Shown: piece after piece, positions 58,775-64,000 of the stretch | Layout of the letters: every line of letters begins with the position of its first letter | Position numbering within the stretch: position 1 is the stretch's first letter | Assembly (NCBI GenBank): GCA_030627235.1 | Contig: DAOUSL010000002.1 | Span: forward strand, 366-64,365 | DNA length: 64,000 nt | Direction of reading: 5' to 3' | Origin: Thioploca sp. | GTDB taxonomy: Bacteria; Pseudomonadota; Gammaproteobacteria; Beggiatoales; Beggiatoaceae | Notes under the pieces: generated by a model | Told to the model about the DNA's origin: nothing | The model's database searches: none | The model's input: only the letters and a program-made list of their open reading frames with translations | Program-made: the position numbers and the translations under genes

Positions 58775-60817
58775 ATGAAAATAAGTATATCAAATTTTAA
58801 GTTATTTTTGGGGATTCTGTTATTTACGATAAATTGTTCAGCTGATACCGAAAATCATATTTTAATTAGTCAACTTAAGAAATTATCTTTAGAAGAGCTT
58901 GTCAAAATAGAAACTTTTAATTTTAAAGCCAATTTACCTGCTAGAAAAATCCAAAAATTAACTGAAACTCCAACAGCTTTATTTGTTATTACTCAAGATG
59001 ATATTCGTCGAGCTGGAATTACTAGTTTGCCAGAGGCTTTACGAATGGTACCAGGAATGCAGGTTGCGAGGATAAATAGTAGCAAATGGGCAATCACCAC
59101 TAGAGGATTAAATGGCTTATTTACTAGTAAGTTATTAGTTATGATTGATGGTCGTAGTGTTTATACTATATTGCGTTCGGAAGTCAATTGGGATACTCAA
59201 GATTTATTATTAGAAGATATAGAACGGATCGAAGTTATTCGTGGGCCTGGAGCTTCACTATGGGGTTCTAATGCTGTCAACGGTATGATTAATATTATTA
59301 CCAAATCTAGCAAAGATACTCAAAAAAATTTGATTACTACAACTATTGGCAAAGGTGAGGAAAATGTTATTATCGGCTTACGACATGGTGGTAAAATCAA
59401 TGATACTAGCCATTATAGAGTTTATGGTAAGTTTTATGAACATGATAATTTTGTTAATGCCCAAGGAATTAATCAGCAAGATAATTGGCAAATGAAAAGA
59501 GCTGGCTTTCGGATTGATCAAGATATAGCTAGAGACAATAATCTTACTGTACAAGGTGATGTTTATAAAGGTTTTACTAAACAAAATTTATTAAGCTTCC
59601 AGACCGGAGAATTTTTTAGTGACATTGTTGATATTAATGGATTTAATATATTAGGACGTTGGCAAACTAATAATATGATATTGCAGACCTATTATGATCA
59701 AACTAATCGTCAGGAAACATTATTGGGAGATAAACGTGGAACTTTTGATATTGATTTTCAACATAGCTGGAAACCTAATGCAAATCAGGGATTAATATGG
59801 GGATTAGGCTATCGTTATGTACATGATGATATAGATGATTCGTTTGCAATAACTTATATTCCAAAAAAGCGGCAAGATAATTTATTTAGTGTTTTTGCTG
59901 AAGGAGAACTTAAGTTACAAAATTTTAAGTTAACTTTAGGCTCAAAAATTGAACATAATGACTATTCAGGTTTAGAAATTCAACCAACAGCTCGTATCTT
60001 ATGGAATAAGCAACAACATAGTTTTTGGGGAGCAGTATCACGAGCAATACGTAGCCCTACTAGAACTGATAAAGATGTTCAATATTTCTTATCTGGTAAT
60101 GCTATGTCTAATATTTTACATAATGTTAATTACGAGAATTCTGCTATTCCAGAAAATCAAGCAAATACAATGATTATACAAGGAAATATTGATTATAAAG
60201 CAGAAACCGTATTAGCTTATGAATTAGGCTATAGATTCAATATAACCAATAAATTTTTATTAGATGCAACAATATTTTACAATGATTATGACGAATTACA
60301 AATTTTCCAACCAGTACAAATAATATCCCCATCTACTATCATATTGAAAGGTATGAATAAAATGTATGGAGAAACATATGGGTTGGAAGTTACAGCATCT
60401 TGGCAAGCAAATAATAATTGGAAATTAATCTCAACCTATAATTATTTAAATATCGAACTGCATCTTGATCCAGATGTTATATTAGTGCCTCCTTTGGATG
60501 ATTTTTTTTCTGAAATCCAAGAAGATTATAGTCCACATCATCAAGCTAATATTCGTTCATTATTATCATTATCAAACAATTTAGAATTAGATACAACATT
60601 ATATTACGTTGGTAGTATTTTTAATGAATATGTTAGTAGTTATAATCGATTTGATATTCGCTTGGGTTGGAATCCAAAACAGTGGCAATTTAGCTTCGGA
60701 GTGCGTAATGTCTTTGATAAACAACAACCAGAATTTAATAATAGTATTAGTGATAATTATATTCTTGCTAATGAAGCTAGGCGAGCCTTTTATATACAAA
60801 TGAAGTATCTTTTTTAA
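58775..60817 (+). CDS. TonB-dependent outer-membrane receptor
   Basis: Plug domain (PTALFVITQDDIRRAGITSLPEALRMVPGMQVAR; IEVIRGPGASLWGSNAVNGMINIITK), followed by a beta-barrel ending in ...YIQMKYLF. Confidence 0.85.
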   Translation: MKISISNFKLFLGILLFTINCSADTENHILISQLKKLSLEELVKIETFNFKANLPARKIQKLTETPTALFVITQDDIRRAGITSLPEALRMVPGMQVARINSSKWAITTRGLNGLFTSKLLVMIDGRSVYTILRSEVNWDTQDLLLEDIERIEVIRGPGASLWGSNAVNGMINIITKSSKDTQKNLITTTIGKGEENVIIGLRHGGKINDTSHYRVYGKFYEHDNFVNAQGINQQDNWQMKRAGFRIDQDIARDNNLTVQGDVYKGFTKQNLLSFQTGEFFSDIVDINGFNILGRWQTNNMILQTYYDQTNRQETLLGDKRGTFDIDFQHSWKPNANQGLIWGLGYRYVHDDIDDSFAITYIPKKRQDNLFSVFAEGELKLQNFKLTLGSKIEHNDYSGLEIQPTARILWNKQQHSFWGAVSRAIRSPTRTDKDVQYFLSGNAMSNILHNVNYENSAIPENQANTMIIQGNIDYKAETVLAYELGYRFNITNKFLLDATIFYNDYDELQIFQPVQIISPSTIILKGMNKMYGETYGLEVTASWQANNNWKLISTYNYLNIELHLDPDVILVPPLDDFFSEIQEDYSPHHQANIRSLLSLSNNLELDTTLYYVGSIFNEYVSSYNRFDIRLGWNPKQWQFSFGVRNVFDKQQPEFNNSISDNYILANEARRAFYIQMKYLF

Positions 60818-60828
60818 GACATGGTAAT

Positions 60829-61974
60829 ATGAAAATTCCTACAACTTTAAATATGATTCAACAATTGATAGCAATACCTTCCATCAGTTGTAATGATCCA
60901 AAAATAGATCAAAGTAATCAAGCTATAATTGATTTACTAGCAACTTGGTGTAATGAGCTAGGTTTTAAATGTGAAATTATGCCAATCCCTAACTATCCCA
61001 ACAAGTTTAATTTATTAGCTACCTTGGGTAGTGGTGAAGATGGTTTGGTTTTAGCTGGCCACACTGACACAGTTCCTTATGATATAAATAGTTGGCAATT
61101 TAACCCATTTAAACTCACTGAACAAGATAATCGTTTATACGGATTGGGAACTAGTGATATGAAAGCATTTTTTGCCTTGGCATTAACCGCTATTGAACAA
61201 CTATTAGCCAATGATATTAAGCTACAACGTCCAATAACTATAATTGCCACTGCCAATGAAGAAACTAATATGGCTGGAGCTAAAGCATTAATTAATAAAC
61301 AGAAATCAAAATATGCTTTAATAGGAGAACCAACCGGATTAAAACCAATTAGAATGCATAAAGGAATTATGATGGAAGCTATTATTTTACATGGGAAATC
61401 TGGACATTCTAGTGATCCAAACTTGGGTAATAATGCCTTGGAAGGTATGTATAAAGTAATCGGAGAACTGTCAAGTTGGCGGGAACAATTACAAACTAAA
61501 CACCATAATTCAGCATTTAAAATTCCAATTCCAACTATGAATTTTGGTTATATTAAAGGTGGTGATAATCCTAATCGTATTTGTGCCGACTGTGAATTAC
61601 ATATAGACTTACGTCCGTTACCAGGCATGAATTTAACAGAATTACGTTCCACAATCCGTCAATTAGTAAATAAAAGCTTACAAAATACTGGCTTAGATAT
61701 AAAATTTAAAGCATTGTTTGGAGGTATTCCAGCTATGGAAACTCCTGCTAACTCTGATATAGTGCAATTTACAGAACGTTTAACTAAACATCCAGCTGAG
61801 GCAGTCGCATATGCAACCGAAGCTCCTTATTTACAAGCATTAGGTATGCAAACTATTATTTTAGGCCCTGGCGATATTGAGCAAGCTCATCAGCCAGACG
61901 AATTTATTTTTGTAAATAGGTTACAACCAATGATAGATATTTTAACCAAATTAATCATTCATTATAACAAATAA
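60829..61974 (+). CDS. argE: acetylornithine deacetylase
   Basis: LIAIPSIS.....DQSN...I.LLA.W...LGF; KFNLLATLG; LAGHTDTVP; LYGLGTSDMKAFFA. Colinear with E. coli ArgE. Confidence 0.85.
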   Translation: MKIPTTLNMIQQLIAIPSISCNDPKIDQSNQAIIDLLATWCNELGFKCEIMPIPNYPNKFNLLATLGSGEDGLVLAGHTDTVPYDINSWQFNPFKLTEQDNRLYGLGTSDMKAFFALALTAIEQLLANDIKLQRPITIIATANEETNMAGAKALINKQKSKYALIGEPTGLKPIRMHKGIMMEAIILHGKSGHSSDPNLGNNALEGMYKVIGELSSWREQLQTKHHNSAFKIPIPTMNFGYIKGGDNPNRICADCELHIDLRPLPGMNLTELRSTIRQLVNKSLQNTGLDIKFKALFGGIPAMETPANSDIVQFTERLTKHPAEAVAYATEAPYLQALGMQTIILGPGDIEQAHQPDEFIFVNRLQPMIDILTKLIIHYNK

Positions 61975-61978
61975 TATC

Positions 61979-63142
61979 CTATAAATTACCTTGTAAAATT
62001 GCTTTAACTTGTCTGATAACTCTCTGTACATCAGCATTATTCATACTAGGATAGATTGGTAAACTGACAGCTCTTTGATAAGTATCTAAAGCTACTGGAA
62101 AATCTGTTGGTTTGAAATTATATCTTTCACGCCAATAAGTATGCAAATGCAATGGAATAAAATGTACACTAGTACCAATCCCAGCTTCTTTCATCCGTTC
62201 TATAAAAGTATTACGATCTATATGCAATTCTTCTAATTTTAATTGAATAACATATAGATGCCAAGCATGAGTACTATCTGGATGTTGATATGGAGTACGC
62301 ATTGGCAAATCAGCAAAAGCTTGATTATATTGCTCTGCTATTTCAGTTCTACGTTGTAAAAAATTGTTGACCTTGAGAAGTTGTTGAATGCCTAAAGCGG
62401 CTGCAATATCATTCATATTATATTTAAAACCAGGAGCAATTATATCGTAATGCCAAGCTGGTACATTGGAAGAACTACGATTAAATACATCTTTACTAAT
62501 CCCATGTAGACGTAAAGCTTGCATATGTTCTGCATAATCTGAATTAGCAGTCACTATCATCCCACCTTCGCCAGTAGCAAGAGTTTTGGTTACATAAAAG
62601 CTATAAACCGTGATATCACCTAATGTACCTACTGCACGTCCCTTATAATAAGTTGGCAGTGCATGAGCAGCATCTTCAACTATTTTCAGAGAATATTGTT
62701 TGGCTAAAGCTAAAATAGCATCCATATTGCTAGCTTGTCCAGCAAAATGTACTGGTAAAATAGCTTTAATTCCATCGTTAGTTTCCAATGCTTTAGCTAT
62801 TTGTTCGACATCTATATTAAATGTATTTGAATTAATATCGACGAATAATGGTTCTGCTCCTAAATAACGGATTACTTCTGCAGTTGCAGTAAAGGTATAA
62901 GGTGTGGTAATTATTTTATCACCCGGCTGAATGCCTATGGCCTCAAGGGCTAAATGCAAACCGGCAGTACAAGAATTAACTGCTAATGTATGAGGAGTAC
63001 CAATAAATTTAGCAAATTCTTCTTCAAAATATTTAGTTTTCGGTCCACTTGTAAGCCAACCAGAACGTAATGTATCAACAACTTCATTAATTTCTTCTTC
63101 GCCAATACATGGCAATGCAAACGGTAAAAATTTCTCAATCAC
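61979..63142 (-). CDS. DegT/DnrJ/EryC1/StrS-family sugar aminotransferase (ArnB-like)
   Basis: LPFALPCIGEEEINEVVDTLRSGWLTSGPKT; EDAAHA; SFYVTKTLATGEGGM (PLP lysine region). Confidence 0.8.
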   Translation of the reverse strand: MIEKFLPFALPCIGEEEINEVVDTLRSGWLTSGPKTKYFEEEFAKFIGTPHTLAVNSCTAGLHLALEAIGIQPGDKIITTPYTFTATAEVIRYLGAEPLFVDINSNTFNIDVEQIAKALETNDGIKAILPVHFAGQASNMDAILALAKQYSLKIVEDAAHALPTYYKGRAVGTLGDITVYSFYVTKTLATGEGGMIVTANSDYAEHMQALRLHGISKDVFNRSSSNVPAWHYDIIAPGFKYNMNDIAAALGIQQLLKVNNFLQRRTEIAEQYNQAFADLPMRTPYQHPDSTHAWHLYVIQLKLEELHIDRNTFIERMKEAGIGTSVHFIPLHLHTYWRERYNFKPTDFPVALDTYQRAVSLPIYPSMNNADVQRVIRQVKAILQGNL

Positions 63143-63390
63143 CTTAATATGGCTCCGGTTTATAATTTGGAACAGCTGAAGATATTATATATCATTATTT
63201 TTTATATTTTAATAAACCTATAATCTAACTTAGGAATTATATGATAAATCCAAAAAAAAATTAATTTAATGAAAATTATATAGTTACAATATTTATACTT
63301 AATCAACAATCATTTCCAAGAAAGCATGTCTTCATTAAAATTGACATCTACAATCTAAACCAAGTTCTTTTAACATAAATCGACATATTA

Positions 63391-64000
63391 TCAAAACATA
63401 ATTTTTACACAAACACTGCGAATAAAGTAGCCATCAATTATCCCTACAAATTTAGAACGATAGGCTTGCACATAGTCAGCATACTTAATTAAATCTTGAT
63501 AATCACGTTTAAAAAAAACTATTAATTTACTATCTGGATGTTCAGTAAGCCAAGGACAAATGTCGTATTCATCAACAACTTTTAATTTTTGTTGTAGTCT
63601 ACCCAAGAAATGATATTCACCATAATAATTACCAAAATGAGCTAAAGTAGTACCATTTTGTTGAAGAGTATTAATTTTATTACTAATTTCACGTAAATCA
63701 TAAGCTTGCCCTCCTGCTCTAAGAATTGTCAATGGAATAATTAAGCTAACTAATACTGTTACAGAACTAAGAGCAAGCAATCTCTGTTTAAATTTATTCG
63801 ATTGTTGTCCTAATAAAATTCCACCCAGCACAATCAATGCGATAGAAACTGGCAATGGAATATTTTCTACCCACAATGGTAAACGGGTAACTGATAATAA
63901 ATAAGGTACGATTAAAAATACAATACCTAATAAAATTATAATTAAACCAGGTAAAGCAGCACTTCGGCGATATTTAGGGATAGTTATTTTTTCTAATAAA
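63391..64000 (-). CDS. C-terminal part of a polytopic glycosyltransferase (GT39/GT83, ArnT-like); gene continues past the right window edge
   Basis: The frame stays open from 63391 to base 64000 (...LEKITIPKYRRSAALPGLIIILLGIVFLIVPYLLSVTRLPLWVENIP...). TM helices are followed by a soluble tail with GNYYGEYHFLGRL, typical of ArnT-like C-termini. Adjacent to the ArnB-like gene. Confidence 0.45.
   Translation of the reverse strand, partial: LLEKITIPKYRRSAALPGLIIILLGIVFLIVPYLLSVTRLPLWVENIPLPVSIALIVLGGILLGQQSNKFKQRLLALSSVTVLVSLIIPLTILRAGGQAYDLREISNKINTLQQNGTTLAHFGNYYGEYHFLGRLQQKLKVVDEYDICPWLTEHPDSKLIVFFKRDYQDLIKYADYVQAYRSKFVGIIDGYFIRSVCVKIMF

Noticed and set aside
1-64000. Search by eye for rRNA, tRNA, tmRNA and CRISPR arrays
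   Set aside because: I found no stretch with tRNA-like conserved T-arm/acceptor patterns, no rRNA-like G+C-rich non-coding blocks, and no regularly spaced direct repeats. tRNAscan or Infernal would be needed for certainty.

Overview
AT-rich (about one-third G+C by eye, not computed) gammaproteobacterial chromosome segment. The organism is not identifiable from the sequence alone; the gene order ndk-rlmN-pilW-rodZ-ispG plus comEC and a gspF/pilC-like gene suggest a Legionellales- or Thiotrichales-like, possibly host-associated, lineage. Housekeeping genes recognised from the translations: mobA, mobB, lipA, aroK, aroB, aroC, pgk, rpmG (not in the ORF track), ispG, rodZ, pilW, rlmN, ndk, kdsB, argE, comEC. 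Four accessory blocks are interleaved with them. (1) 1.4-5.3 kb: an AbiL/Rlo-type AAA ATPase + RloB cassette lying between two decayed relics of a restriction-type helicase. (2) 16.3-34.8 kb: an approximately 18-kb surface-glycan locus. It contains the CDP-hexose genes ddhA, ddhB and ddhC, and a visibly more G+C-rich five-gene operon that joins ddhC to a DmpF/DmpG-type dehydrogenase-aldolase pair, an SDR and a YerE-like ThDP enzyme. One of its methyltransferase genes carries a G10 tract. (3) 39.7-40.7 kb: a HEPN/MNT toxin-antitoxin pair whose MNT gene is frameshifted in an A9 tract. (4) 42.1-48.2 kb: an all-minus-strand island wedged between rpmG-pgk and ispG, encoding a GmrSD-like enzyme, a cN-IA-like 5'-nucleotidase, a Gly-rich/TPR protein, a KilA-N protein and a P-loop stub. 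Also present: an IS4-superfamily insertion sequence that truncates a CHASE8-like sensor gene beside a YfiR/TonB-receptor pair; a solitary AAA_21-type ATPase; and a family of 63-nt inverted REP doublets (REPIN-like, each half starting with GTAG), two of which bracket kdsB in inverted orientation. I saw no rRNA, tRNA or CRISPR array. All functional calls rest on my reading of the translations; no database search was run.
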